A stretch of 64,000 bases of DNA from Amoebophrya sp. A120 (Eukaryota > Protista > Dinoflagellata): NCBI GenBank assembly GCA_905178155.1, contig CAJINV010000001.1, forward strand, positions 6,667,860 through 6,731,859, given 5' to 3'. Shown piece after piece: positions 34,934 through 46,006 of the stretch. The translations under genes were made by a program, and so were the position numbers. Below the pieces are notes generated by a model. It had not been told where the DNA came from, did not search any database, and saw only the letters and a list, made by a program, of their open reading frames with translations. The stretch's first letter is position 1; every line of letters starts with the position of its first letter.

Positions 34934-35999
34934 CGAACAAATGATTGTGTCGGAAGTAGTCCGGCGAGCTACTTACTTTCCAGGAGGATCAAAAAACAAA
35001 CGCGGTACTTCAAAAGTCTACGAACCAAATTGGCTAAAAAGGAGTTGTTTGTCTTTCGTTGGAAATTCTAGAATAATGGTCCCACATCATGCGCATATTG
35101 CTTTGCCCTTCTACTGTGGACATGCATGGAGAACGAGTTTCGCTGCAGAGAATATGTCTTCATGGGATGGGTGATCCTTTAGCTTTACTGACGAGCTTGC
35201 GATCCTGGGTGAAAAATAAGCGGAATCAAAAAGTTTTACATGCTTACGTCGATTTTATTTTGAAGCATCAAGAAAGGCAAATTAAGATCGGCTGCTCATC
35301 GAATAGAAGCCGTGAACAGGAAGAGCTTGTTACGTTGCATAGATCTTTATCTTTTTCGTTTCATGGCTTTTCTGTATTTCGGGCCCACCCTTTTGTGATA
35401 CGTACTGCTCCATTTGCTGCTGTACGAAGTGTAGTACTCAGAAGGGATTACTACACTTGACTTTGTGATCCTGAAAAACGAACATACATCAGCTAGTAGT
35501 GCTATTGACATGTCAACATCAGTTGGTGCGTATAAGAAGCTCAAGGTGCTGACCGCGCTTGCGGCAGCATGATCTTGTACTTCTTGTCTTTTTCCAATTT
35601 GAATTTTAATGGTTTCGCGCAAAAATCCGAGAAGATCTTTTCAGAGCAGGTCTAAACCTGAATTTGACAAACAATTTAAAAGACTTTCCCTTTTTCCGAT
35701 TTGGATTTATTCTCCTATAAAATTCGAAACATGCCGCGTATTGATGCGCTTTATTTTCGATGTTTATTCATTACATGCCGCTTATTGATGCGCTTTTTCA
35801 TCTTTTTGTTTTTTCGCTTCTACGAGAATAAGATATAGTCGTCCGGTTTCGTGTACTAATGGCTCCAACACCACACGCAGGTGCGTACGGATCCCTGTTG
35901 GATCTTCATGATTGATACTCATCATGTGAAGAGAAGTATTCAACGGAAGATGAAAATCACAATAGAAGTGTTAAATTTTGGCTTTCGCTATTGCCTTAT

Positions 36000-36279
36000 T
36001 GTTGACTAGAGCTTTATGCACACAGCATGCAATGCGTGTTCAAGCTCCCCTGCGTGGTTCCATCGATCTTGATCTTCAGCACAGTAACGATCCTAACCGT
36101 TTAGCTTAGTCGTCTCGTCGTCTTTGTGGTCTGGTTGACCAAACCAAACGAATCAATCCATCTTGAAACACCACCTGTATACAGATGTGAGTCAGTACTC
36201 CGCTCTGAATCATTCCAAACAGAAAGATGCGAACTCGACCGCTATTCGTATGCTGTGAATGTGTTCAGAATTCCTAACA
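36000..36279 (+). repeat. 5' LTR
   Basis: TGTTGACTAGAG...TTCCTAACA, direct repeat of 42002-42281. Confidence 0.97.
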
Positions 36280-36293
36280 TTCTGATTCACACT

Positions 36294-36310
36294 TGGTGCC
36301 GCCGGTGAGA
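36294..36310 (+). promoter_or_regulatory. Putative primer-binding site, possibly for tRNA-Leu
   Basis: TGGTGCCGCCGGTGAGA is complementary to a tRNA-like 3' end TCTCAC-CGGCGGC-A-CCA. It lies 14 nt downstream of the LTR. Confidence 0.6.
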
Positions 36311-36435
36311 CCGGTAATCGCGAGCCAACGAACAACTTCGCCATCCACAAGTCCAAATTTTTCCGTCGGAACACCATCGGCATCTACACGCAAAAATCTC
36401 TCTTTGGAATAGATTGATTTACGAATCCCGACGGT

Positions 36436-37602
36436 ATGCCGACGGTAGATCGGAAGATCATCTGCCCGGAGATAAAGAACTCCGAGGGCTGGACGATGTG
36501 GAAGCATAAAATCAAATCGATGATGAGCATGGTATTGGAATTGGACGCACAATGGCAGGCAATTTTGAACGACAACACCCAGCAGACGAACTTTCAAAAT
36601 GTTCAGCCTGGTTTGACAGCACAGCAAAAGCAAGATGTGTTTTCCCTCGAGTCCACATTTTTGAATGCATTGCAAGACGACGCAGCAAAATTGATCACGA
36701 ACAGCCAGACAGTGGGTTTTGTAAAATGTTACTTCCTTCTGTCATCGCACTGGGATCAGAAAGCATCTTCAATTGACAGTGACACAACCAACAACGAATT
36801 GATTACTGTCTGCTACGACATGGAGAAGGATGGAGATTTTTCTATTTGGATCTACGCAGAAAAGTACAGCAAAATCCTCCTTCTGAAAGACAGATACCCA
36901 GATGCGGCTGCGATCAATCGTCAGATGTGGGATGTCCTCAAATTCCGACTTGACCCGACTTGCATGAAGACAATCATGGCGGAGATCAGAAACTTGAACA
37001 GTACTACTGCGACTTGGGAGAAAGAAGGACTGGCAATGGTGATGGATTTCATCAAATCAGGCAGAATGAATATTGAAAAGGAACAGCAAGCGACTTTGCA
37101 TTTAGCACGATCGAACGTCGCCCCCGCGAACGCAAACCCCAATGCGTTTCTTGCTGGTGCATCGTCATCATCTGCTTCTTCTTCTTCCAACAAAAATTCC
37201 AACTTCATCGTCGCACCGGAAGGCGCGACCTTCGAACAGCAATTGATGTGTCAATCCATCAATAACCAAACCGCTTTAGTTATGATGAATAAGGGTCACA
37301 AAGGACAGGGAAAACACAACAACAAAAACTACAATTCCAATACCTATGCGAATCGAAATCAGCCCTATGGTAACAACGCGCAGAATCAAGGAGGCCTCTG
37401 GTGTACGTATTGCCAACGTCCAGGACATGACGTTCACTACTGCTATCGCAAGAAACGCCAACAGGAGAAGAACACTGCCCCACCACCCGCGAACAACTAC
37501 GGCAACAACCACAAGAAGGGCGGTGGTGGTGGCAAGGGCGGTGGCAAACACGGCGTGAAGAAAGGTGGCTACAAGTCTCACCAGAAGGGTCGCAAGTGGT
37601 GA
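36436..37602 (+). CDS. gag: Copia Gag
   Basis: 388 aa with zinc knuckle CTYCQRPGHDVHYC (CX2CX4HX4C) and a basic C-terminus. Confidence 0.92.
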   Translation: MPTVDRKIICPEIKNSEGWTMWKHKIKSMMSMVLELDAQWQAILNDNTQQTNFQNVQPGLTAQQKQDVFSLESTFLNALQDDAAKLITNSQTVGFVKCYFLLSSHWDQKASSIDSDTTNNELITVCYDMEKDGDFSIWIYAEKYSKILLLKDRYPDAAAINRQMWDVLKFRLDPTCMKTIMAEIRNLNSTTATWEKEGLAMVMDFIKSGRMNIEKEQQATLHLARSNVAPANANPNAFLAGASSSSASSSSNKNSNFIVAPEGATFEQQLMCQSINNQTALVMMNKGHKGQGKHNNKNYNSNTYANRNQPYGNNAQNQGGLWCTYCQRPGHDVHYCYRKKRQQEKNTAPPPANNYGNNHKKGGGGGKGGGKHGVKKGGYKSHQKGRKW

Positions 37603-40600
37603 CATAAGGACCACGATTCTGCTGATGATGTCGATGATAAATCGATGCTGATGGATTCAAATCACGATGTAAAAATCGATGTTGAGTTGGAATCAAATTT
37701 CGTTGATGTGTCGAAGAACACTGATGAAAAGAGCGATGTATTTGATGACGACGACAACTACTATTCGTGCTTTTACACAAGTCACGATGCTACTAGTTAC
37801 AATCAAAAATCGTTACTGTGCAAGATCGATCAATCAATGCCGATTATAGAGTGCAAGATCAACAAATCCATTTTGGATGAAGGTTCGGCAGAGGAAAGAA
37901 AACAGAGGACAAACAGGGATATCCTCGACAGTGGCACTACTCATTACGTGTCGAGTGTGCTTAGCGATTTTGTGTCCTTTCGCTCCAATCCTGTGAAAAT
38001 CAATGGAGTCGGAGGCACTTTGCAAGCGAAAAATCCTCCAAGGATAGGTAGGCTGAAGACGAATCGACTTGGTTACTCAGTAGGTATTTTTCACAGCGCT
38101 TTGCCCGTGCGCCGCCTTTTACCTACAACCACCCTGAACGCAATGGGTTGGTCAGTAAAGCTAGAACCAAAAGCAGTAGCCAAGTCTGAGATAGTTTCAA
38201 GATTCGCAGATGTCGCAGTGCCATTAGAAAATAACCCGCCTGACTTACCATTTTTGCCTGATGGTGAGCTTTTCGGCACGGGTGTGGCTTTATACTGCAG
38301 AGAATTTGAAGAGGTTTTGTCAGAGGAAGACGCTTTGTCTGCGTCGCGTTTTGGTTGCAATCTTTTCACACCTGATTGCTTATCCAACTGCTGCAAAAAG
38401 CGCCGCGTAGGACAGCTCGATGAGTCTGCTTCTATTTTCACTGGAGATGCCTTGGCCGACTGCGTAGAGGATTTTGAGCATTTATGCTACTTGTCCAAGT
38501 TAGACCGACACCGAAGACGTGGCCACATCCATGTCCCAGGTGAAGAGGTGTTTTGCCCTGAATGCGCCCTCGCAAAGGGTGGCAGGTCAGGTGCTAGGAA
38601 AGAACGACCACAGAAGTACTCTGATCCAACACCGCTAAAGCAACTTGATGCTGACTTTTGGGGTCCAGTCAAACCCGTCAGCTTGACAGGCAATTCATGG
38701 CTATTGATTTTCATTTGCCCTGCTGTTGCGCGTGTGTTTGAGTTCAAGTTGAAGCACAAAGATCAGGCCTACGCAGTCGTAGAACGGCTAATCAAGCAAC
38801 TTCGCGCATCGGACAGCATCGACTTGACAGATAAGGTCGTATGGTTTGTCCGCAGTGACAACGACCCCACGTTCAGAGCAAAGAAGTGGGAGGATACGCT
38901 CCAAGCGCTCTCCGTTTTTCGGCAGCACTCAGTCCCATACGTACCACAGAAGAATGGTGTGTGCGAACGCTTCATGGGTACTCTGGGTCCCGGTTTAAGG
39001 GCTAATCTAGTGGGTGTCGACTTGAGACTTTGGGATTATGCCGCTTCTTACTTTGTATACACGTGGAATCGCTTACAGCGGAAATTCTACAAGCGCGCCC
39101 CTCAGTTCAATGGTCTCTCACCTTTGGAAGCTTGTCGACAGAGGAAGTCACTGCAAAATGACCGGAAAGTTTCTCGCACAGAACCCCAAGAGCCCGATGA
39201 GATATTGAAGACTTCGAATTTTGACTCCAGGATGCGTCGCTTCGGTTGCCTCGCTTATTTCCTGAGACAACCAGTAGAAGGGGTCAAGAAACTTGTAGAG
39301 AAGTACACGAAAGGAGTCTTTCTTGGGTATTGCGATCAGTCCTCATGCTATCTAGTTGGAACTTACGTTAAGGATGATCGATACTCCAAGGCCGGCGCTT
39401 TGCGCTGGGCAGTTTACGAAACAAACGCCGTGAAGTTTGTCGAGTCAGTTTTGATCGACAATGTTGACTCTCTACGCCCAGGGTACCGCGGTGGCGTCGT
39501 AGTTTCAGACGACCAGCTCCTGCAGACTATCTGTGGCTCGAAGGACAATGCCCGGGTGGTTGGTTCTGATCGGGATTGTGCTCCTGTGCGCAAAAATCCG
39601 GGTGGTTCAGAGGTCTCAGGTTCTGGGGGGGTTGGCGGGTCCAACTCCCTGCCACTTTTAGAAGTCGAGAAAGCAGCTTCACAAGAACACGCTCATAACG
39701 CATCCTCTGCCTCGTTCAAAGACATCAATCTTCAGTCAAATCAGCATGCCAGTGGTGACAATTCGCAAGTACAAAATCCGCATTCCGCACCTGATTCAGT
39801 TTCATCGCGCGCGCCCGCCCGGAACACGGTTGAACACCATGAGCCAGACCCTGAAGTGGTCTTTGGTCGCGAAAAGACCAAGCGCCCGCGCGGTAGGCCC
39901 AAAGGGGCAAAGGACAAAACGCAACGCACGCGAAGAACAAAGCAGCAATTGTCCGAAGCCGAGAACTCAGATGCGTTTTATGCCGACTTTGCAGAAGTGA
40001 TCAATGATTGTTATGTATGTGACAGCGTCGTAGACGATTTCGAAGAGGGTGAAGAGTTAGTCGAAGCACTTCCACAGTTCGCGAACGTTGCCGCGATGAG
40101 CTCGCCAGATGCGCCGCACTGGTTAGAAGCCAAATCCCTCGAGAAGTGCAAGCTTGAGGCGTTTCAGACGTGGAGAGTGCCTACTCCAGAAGAGTTAGAA
40201 CGCGCTAAGACCACAGGCGTGGTCCCGATAGCATTGGTGCTTAGCCGCAAGCGCTGTGGCAAGTTCAAGTGCCGTGCTGTCGTCCTAGGTAATCTCTACA
40301 AGCCCGGCGGTGAGTTAGAAGTTTACGCGCCCGTAATCAGCTTTGGAGCCTCGCGCTACCTGCTGATCGATGCCGCCGCGCATGGTGATGCCATAATTTT
40401 GTTTGACATTGACAACGCATTCGTACAGAGCTTGATCGATTCGGAAATTTTCATTCGTCTGCCAAAGGAATGGCGTGAGCAAAACGACGATGGTATTCGG
40501 AAGCTAGTTCGTGCCCTTTATGGGTTACCACAATCCCCGAGGCTGTGGGCAAAGCACTACGAAAAGAAGTTAGTCAGTCTCGGTTGGACACAGTCAACAG

Positions 40601-41811
40601 AAAAAGGGTTGTGGAGAAAGCTCTCCAAGGCCACAGGCAACAACTTCCAGAGTTACAAGAAGTTCAGTAAGTATATGAAGATGGGAGTTTATGTAGATGA
40701 CAACACCGCAACAGGCCCGGACGAGCACGAGCTTAGGCATGAAGTCAGTTTGATTTTGAAAGAGTTTCCTGGCAAGATCATTGAGCCCGAACACCAACCA
40801 AATGGCGATCTTTTGTATGATCAGCTCGGTGCAGATGTCCACTACAACCCGAACAAGTACAAAGTACGTATTTGCATGCAGAGTTACATCCGAACAAAAC
40901 TAGCTCCGAAGTTTGGCATGGTTGGTTGTAAGAAAGTTGACAATCCATGCTTCACCGAATCAGCTCTGTACGATACCGCCTCGCCCGAAGTGAAATTCCC
41001 GTTGCGGGAAGCTGTAGGTGCCCTGCAATGGTGTGTAACGATTTGTAGGCCCGACATCGCGCAGCCCGTTAACTGCCTCGCAAAGGTAGCAAGCAAGCCC
41101 TGCACCAAAGCAATAGTCGCATGCGTAAAGAAAGTTTTGCGCTATGTCATTCACACCGAAGACGTAGGCATCGACTACTCACCCGAGAACGAACAAAAGT
41201 TCAAGCAGGTATACGGATCACTTCTGCAAAAGGGAGAAAAGTTGAAAGACTGGAATCTCTTCACCGACGCAAGTTTTGCATCTTGTTTTGTAACGTTGAA
41301 AAGCACGTCTGGCGCTCTGCTGTACTACAGAGGCGCCCCCATCGTGTGGAAGACCGCGCGCCAATCGGTCAGAACGCATTCCACATTCGAAGCAGAGTTT
41401 GTAGCTGGCTCTGATGGACTGATCATGTCCGAGACATGCACCTTCAAGGGTTTTCTTGAAGATCGCGATGCTAGCGAAGACCTTTGGATGGACAATCAGA
41501 CCGCCATCACGGTCGCCAAGACGCCAGGCGATGCACAGCGCCCGCGTAGCCGCCACGTTGCCCTGCGCTACCACAAAGTTGCGGATGAATGCGAAAAGAT
41601 TAAGTTCTGTCCCACTGAGCACATGAAAGCTGATTGCCTCACAAAGAACAACGTGCCTCGTGACGTTCGAGATCACGTCTTCCACCACAATCCGCACATG
41701 ACGAACAAGAGGAAAGTGAAAGTGTCTGAAGACCCTGAGGAGGTCGACGCTTGTTTCACAGTGGTAGGCGTGCCCGGTCTCTTCTTTTCACTTGAAGACC
41801 TTTGGGCTTAG
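37603..41811 (+). CDS. pol: Copia Pol (protease, integrase, reverse transcriptase, RNase H)
   Basis: PR ILDSGTTHY; IN HRRRGH..CPEC, DADF, RSDND, NGVCER; RT FDIDNAF, LYGLPQSP, YVDD; RH FTDASFA, EAEF, DNQTA, ADCLTK. The frame is open directly after the gag TGA. Confidence 0.96.
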   Translation, partial: HKDHDSADDVDDKSMLMDSNHDVKIDVELESNFVDVSKNTDEKSDVFDDDDNYYSCFYTSHDATSYNQKSLLCKIDQSMPIIECKINKSILDEGSAEERKQRTNRDILDSGTTHYVSSVLSDFVSFRSNPVKINGVGGTLQAKNPPRIGRLKTNRLGYSVGIFHSALPVRRLLPTTTLNAMGWSVKLEPKAVAKSEIVSRFADVAVPLENNPPDLPFLPDGELFGTGVALYCREFEEVLSEEDALSASRFGCNLFTPDCLSNCCKKRRVGQLDESASIFTGDALADCVEDFEHLCYLSKLDRHRRRGHIHVPGEEVFCPECALAKGGRSGARKERPQKYSDPTPLKQLDADFWGPVKPVSLTGNSWLLIFICPAVARVFEFKLKHKDQAYAVVERLIKQLRASDSIDLTDKVVWFVRSDNDPTFRAKKWEDTLQALSVFRQHSVPYVPQKNGVCERFMGTLGPGLRANLVGVDLRLWDYAASYFVYTWNRLQRKFYKRAPQFNGLSPLEACRQRKSLQNDRKVSRTEPQEPDEILKTSNFDSRMRRFGCLAYFLRQPVEGVKKLVEKYTKGVFLGYCDQSSCYLVGTYVKDDRYSKAGALRWAVYETNAVKFVESVLIDNVDSLRPGYRGGVVVSDDQLLQTICGSKDNARVVGSDRDCAPVRKNPGGSEVSGSGGVGGSNSLPLLEVEKAASQEHAHNASSASFKDINLQSNQHASGDNSQVQNPHSAPDSVSSRAPARNTVEHHEPDPEVVFGREKTKRPRGRPKGAKDKTQRTRRTKQQLSEAENSDAFYADFAEVINDCYVCDSVVDDFEEGEELVEALPQFANVAAMSSPDAPHWLEAKSLEKCKLEAFQTWRVPTPEELERAKTTGVVPIALVLSRKRCGKFKCRAVVLGNLYKPGGELEVYAPVISFGASRYLLIDAAAHGDAIILFDIDNAFVQSLIDSEIFIRLPKEWREQNDDGIRKLVRALYGLPQSPRLWAKHYEKKLVSLGWTQSTEKGLWRKLSKATGNNFQSYKKFSKYMKMGVYVDDNTATGPDEHELRHEVSLILKEFPGKIIEPEHQPNGDLLYDQLGADVHYNPNKYKVRICMQSYIRTKLAPKFGMVGCKKVDNPCFTESALYDTASPEVKFPLREAVGALQWCVTICRPDIAQPVNCLAKVASKPCTKAIVACVKKVLRYVIHTEDVGIDYSPENEQKFKQVYGSLLQKGEKLKDWNLFTDASFASCFVTLKSTSGALLYYRGAPIVWKTARQSVRTHSTFEAEFVAGSDGLIMSETCTFKGFLEDRDASEDLWMDNQTAITVAKTPGDAQRPRSRHVALRYHKVADECEKIKFCPTEHMKADCLTKNNVPRDVRDHVFHHNPHMTNKRKVKVSEDPEEVDACFTVVGVPGLFFSLEDLWA

Positions 41812-42001
41812 AAAGGAACTTATATACGCCGGAGCCCCTTGCGCTTTTTCATGCCGTAGCCATCCTGATCGCTTTTGAAAGAAAAATTTGTGATCCACCA
41901 TTCTGCTTTGCTTTTTCATTGCAAGCTTCTGGTGGTGATTTTGTCGTACAGCTTTTACTTGCTGCGATTTTCGAAAAACGGCTTGCGCTTGGGGGGGGGA
42001 A

Positions 42002-42281
42002 TGTTGACTAGAGCTTTATGCACACAGCATGCAATGCGTGTTCAAGCTCCCCTGCGTGGTTCCATCGATCTTGATCTTCAGCACAGTAACGATCCTAACC
42101 GTTTAGCTTAGTCGTCTCGTCGTCTTTGTGGTCTGGTTGACCAAACCAAACGAATCAATCCATCTTGAAACACCACCTGTATACAGATGTGAATCAGTAC
42201 TCCGTTCTGAATCATTCCAAACAGAAAGACGCGAACTCGACCGCTATTCGTATGCTGTGAATGTGTTCAGAATTCCTAACA
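42002..42281 (+). repeat. 3' LTR
   Basis: Direct repeat of 36000-36279, preceded by a polypurine tract. Confidence 0.97.
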
Positions 42282-43981
42282 CTTATACATAGTAATTTTT
42301 CGCGCCGTGTGCTTTTGCCTCTGTCGTGTTCAATAGCGGCCTGAAAGTGCAAGTGGCCAGCTCGTCCAGCTCAGCAATGATATCAGCTCAGCGGTATTTT
42401 TTTCATTGTGTATCAATCTATATTTTTTTCATCGTTGACGGTATAATCTAGGGTATCCAGCACTGCAAAACTAGTGCGATACGTTTGCACCATTATAGAG
42501 TAACAGCAAGGTGTGGGCAATGCTCAGCTCATTTGTTCTACCGGGACGCTTGTATTAAAGGAGCAAGTATTTGTTCGCAATCCAGAATAGTAAAGTGATC
42601 GTAGTAGTAAAGCGATTATATATAATTTTAGCAACTGCGAGAAGATCTAATCTCCTAGAAGGAGTTCGTCGCTCTTTCAGCGAGAGTGCAGATAAGTATT
42701 GCATTCGACCAAGCAGTCAAGTTAGCACTAGGCTGGGACCATCGTGCGGAAAATTTAGAAGAAACTCCTACCTTACAACCTTCACCTTCGTGGACAAAAA
42801 AATTTTAGTTTTAGAGCGTTCATATATGATGCCGGCGCGCTTGAAGATTTTACTGCCTGGTTGGTCGTACAAAAAGGAGAACGCGCGACAGGCTTCTTCT
42901 AGCAGGTGAGGACGCCACGCAGTTCTTGACGTATGTAGTGAACCATACGAATGTTTTTGACATTTTATCGCCAGCATTGTTCTTTCGTAGATGCAGAATG
43001 CAGTAGTGGGGCTGCTACTATAGCTCATTCTGGTCGTTGTAGTTAAAAATACCAAACTGGTGCACCCTTTGGGGATGATCGTCTTTGGAGACTTCTCCTC
43101 CGGTAGTGCGAGGTATCGGCGCTCGCGAACCCATGGAGAGCCATACCCCAATCCGGAAGACGTAGTGCGGGTCTCTGTCACACCCCGAAATCAGAGTGGC
43201 GCGAGACCTCAGGATCCATCCGGTGAAGAAGGAAAACAGCACAGGGTGGGTGGGTGGGAAAAGCGCGAAATGGCGCCCCCCCCGATCATCTTCATGTCGA
43301 ACTTCTCAGGTTTTGGTTACCGTAAATACTGGACGCGTTGTCCACGCCCATAAAATATCGACCGACCAGCGGTCGGCCTTGACTCACAGGCTCGCAAGAC
43401 CACAGCTGCCCGGTCATACATTTTATGCACTGATCCAACCACGGACGGATCACCCTTTGGGGATGATCGTCTTTGGAGACTTCTCCTCCGGTAGTGCGAG
43501 GTATCGGCGCTCGCGAACCCATGGAGAGCCATACCCCACCGGCGGAGACGCAACGCACCAAAGCAACCCCGAAGAACCCTACAGACCCCACGCTGGAGAT
43601 GAATTTGGGGAACCACAAGCGCCCCCATAGCGAGAGCGGTGCGGCGATACCGAATGCTACCGAAGCCCGCAAAAGCAGAAACAATAGATACTGATACCGG
43701 AAAGACAAATACAAAAGAAGAAGAGATGGTGGTAGAACACACGGATAAATCAAAATACATGCCCACTCAGGCGGGCGGGGCCCACCGACAAAAGAAATTG
43801 CGTAGATCCATCGATAGCTTCACATCAGCATAAAAATCCTAGAACTAGCCATGATCCACATAGACGTAAACTAATACCCAAGTTCTAGAAAAGGACCGAG
43901 CGGAACGAAAGAGGAGCCCAGGGAAAGCCAAGACGGCCCCGGAGCAATAAAGCCGAACCCGAAAGAATAGCCGCGACGGCT

Positions 43982-44812
43982 CTACTTCTTCTGCTTAGCC
44001 TCGTGGATCTTCCACGACTCTGACGGGTTGAATCCCGTCCATCCCATCCGCTCCACGGTCTGGCGAATAAATTCCTCCGACTCCGGGGGGTCATGGCTGA
44101 AACGGCAACCGCTGCCGAATTTGCAAACGCCATTCTTGAGAAAGTTCGCGCAAACCCCGGGGGAACCCGATCCGCGGGCCCGCTTCGCAGCGGGACCATC
44201 CTCCTCCACGCTTTTGTTCTTCTTGGACGCCGCACGGCTGCGGCGGATCGCATCAATCTGGATAAACAGCAGCGAAGTCATAAAAGTCCAAACCCGGAAG
44301 GCGTACTCTTCCAAAGTCTCCACCTTGGGGGGTTCCTGCGCAATATTCTGCGCCGCGGGGGCATCGCCATACTCGTCTTCGACGATCAGCTCACTCATAT
44401 CCCCGAAGACCTCATTGATGTCTGACACCGCGAACGGGTCCGCGGAATATTTAACATAAAGATTGAGACCCCAACGATTCGCGTGCTCCACCGGTTTCCC
44501 GCAGAGGATTAGGCAGGCGGCAGCGAACTGCACTACTTCTTTCAGGTCTTTGAACTTAATAGTTCCCGCCTCCCGATTCTTCAGGGCCCGCATCCACTTC
44601 GCAAAAACCACCACAGTCGCGACCACCAGCGACGCAAGGCCCTTCTGCTTCACAACTGCTTCGACCACCTGCTCTTCGTCAGCAGCTGTCTTCAACGCCT
44701 TATGCAGCATGCCCCCAAAACTCGCCAAAAGAGCAACATCCTGCTTCCCATTCTCCCCCGCAGGGCCCGCCTGCTGCGCCTGCTGGTCAAGAAGTTCTTC
44801 ATCCCCCGCCAT
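43982..44812 (-). CDS. Gag-like protein with CCCH zinc finger
   Basis: 276 aa ATG-initiated ORF inside the split-repeat element; CANFLKNGVCKFGSGCRFSH = C-x8-C-x5-C-x3-H. Confidence 0.75.
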   Translation of the reverse strand: MAGDEELLDQQAQQAGPAGENGKQDVALLASFGGMLHKALKTAADEEQVVEAVVKQKGLASLVVATVVVFAKWMRALKNREAGTIKFKDLKEVVQFAAACLILCGKPVEHANRWGLNLYVKYSADPFAVSDINEVFGDMSELIVEDEYGDAPAAQNIAQEPPKVETLEEYAFRVWTFMTSLLFIQIDAIRRSRAASKKNKSVEEDGPAAKRARGSGSPGVCANFLKNGVCKFGSGCRFSHDPPESEEFIRQTVERMGWTGFNPSESWKIHEAKQKK

Positions 44813-45512
44813 TTTTGAGAGTGAAATGAAAACTGAAACTACTGCTGACGTGAAAATACCAGTACGCTATCGACGAATGTCAAGCTGTCGAGGTCGGATA
44901 GGACGCTCGTGTTCCCTGTAAGCAAATTCGAAAAGACCGGGGGAGAAAAATCCCACAAGCGCGTAGCTTTCAAAATTCCAATTTATCGAGGACCCAATGG
45001 CGCATTTAGGATAAGCCCTGCCCTCGGGAAGCAAGTAAAATAGCACAACCCTATGAGAAGGATCCCAGATTTGTAACGCTCAGAAGGACCCCAAATTTCT
45101 AAAGACAGAGCAAGGAGAGCATTGATTTCGCGAAAAGAATATGCGAGAGGAGATTTACTCACGCTGATCTTGGTCTTTCTTATCTCGGAAAATTCTCGGC
45201 CCATGGCGCTGGACACTCGCAAGCCAAAAGCGGCCACGCTATAAAACTTCACAACAGGAACCGCCCGAAGAATGCCCAGCCTTTCCACCTCACGCCTTCC
45301 CTCTTTTAGGTTTAACGGGTTCAAACCGCCAGTGCCACAAAGCCGAGAAAGTTTGAGATGAAGAAAAACCAAGACCATCGCGAAAGAAATCCAAACTCGC
45401 AAAAAAAAACTCCAAGGTCATCCTCATACCGAGGATAAATATATAAGCCTCTCGAATAAAGAGCCTACTCGGTCGCGCTCGCCGCGAACCCAAAAATAGA
45501 AAGCGCTCCGGC

Positions 45513-45641
45513 CAGGCTGACCTCATGTCAGCCTGTCGCACCGGCAAAGAAAGCGAAAATCTGGCCAGGCCGACCTCCCGCCGGCCTGTCTCACCAGAAA
45601 TAGAAATCTCAGCCCAGCCAGGCTGACCTCGTGTCAACCTG
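45513..45641. repeat. Three tandem 53-bp units, each with a 9-bp stem-loop
   Basis: CAGGCTGAC-ctcat-GTCAGCCTG at 45513, with variants at 45566 and 45619. Confidence 0.85.
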
Positions 45642-46006
45642 TCTCACCGGGGAAAGCGAATACTCAGCAAAACTCGATCAGATCTATGCTACCATCGGCA
45701 GGGGCGCAACACCCTGAAAACCCAGTAGGACACAGACGAAATAACAGGAGAAAAAGCGCGAAATGGCGCCCCCCCCGATCATCTTCATGTCGAACTTCTC
45801 AGGTTTTGGTTACCGTAAATACTGGACGCGTTGTCCACGCCCATAAAATATCGACCGACCAGCGGTCGGCCTTGACTCACAGGCTCGCAAGGCCACAGCT
45901 GCCCGGTCATACATTTATTCTTTTTTTACATACTTACATTGTAATCAAAAGACCAATCGCGTGCTGGCAGCTTCTTTATTAGGCGGGCGAGTGACTGTTG
46001 TACGTG

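Larger units (their letters stand above)
36000..42281 (+). mobile_element. Full-length Ty1/Copia LTR retrotransposon
   Basis: 280-bp TG..CA LTRs at 36000-36279 and 42002-42281 with 3 substitutions. 5-bp TSD CTTAT at 35995-35999 and 42282-42286. PPT GGGGGGGGAA before the 3' LTR. Domain order PR-IN-RT-RH. Confidence 0.98.
43063..45916 (-). mobile_element. Non-autonomous split-direct-repeat (Ngaro/PAT-like tyrosine-recombinase retrotransposon) element
   Basis: Minus-strand order A1(45752-45916) ... B1(43451-43538) A2(43259-43423) B2(43063-43150). A is 165 bp with 1 mismatch; B is 88 bp and identical. Internal gag-like ORF; no intact RT or YR. Confidence 0.75.

Noticed and set aside
35730-35797. 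Duplicated ACATGCCGC(G)TATTGATGCGCTTT as part of the Copia element
   Set aside because: It lies outside the TSD-defined boundary; a small local duplication.
41853-41863. Relic dinoflagellate spliced leader (GCCGTAGCCAT)
   Set aside because: Only the first 11 of 22 nt match, inside the Copia 3' region; likely chance.
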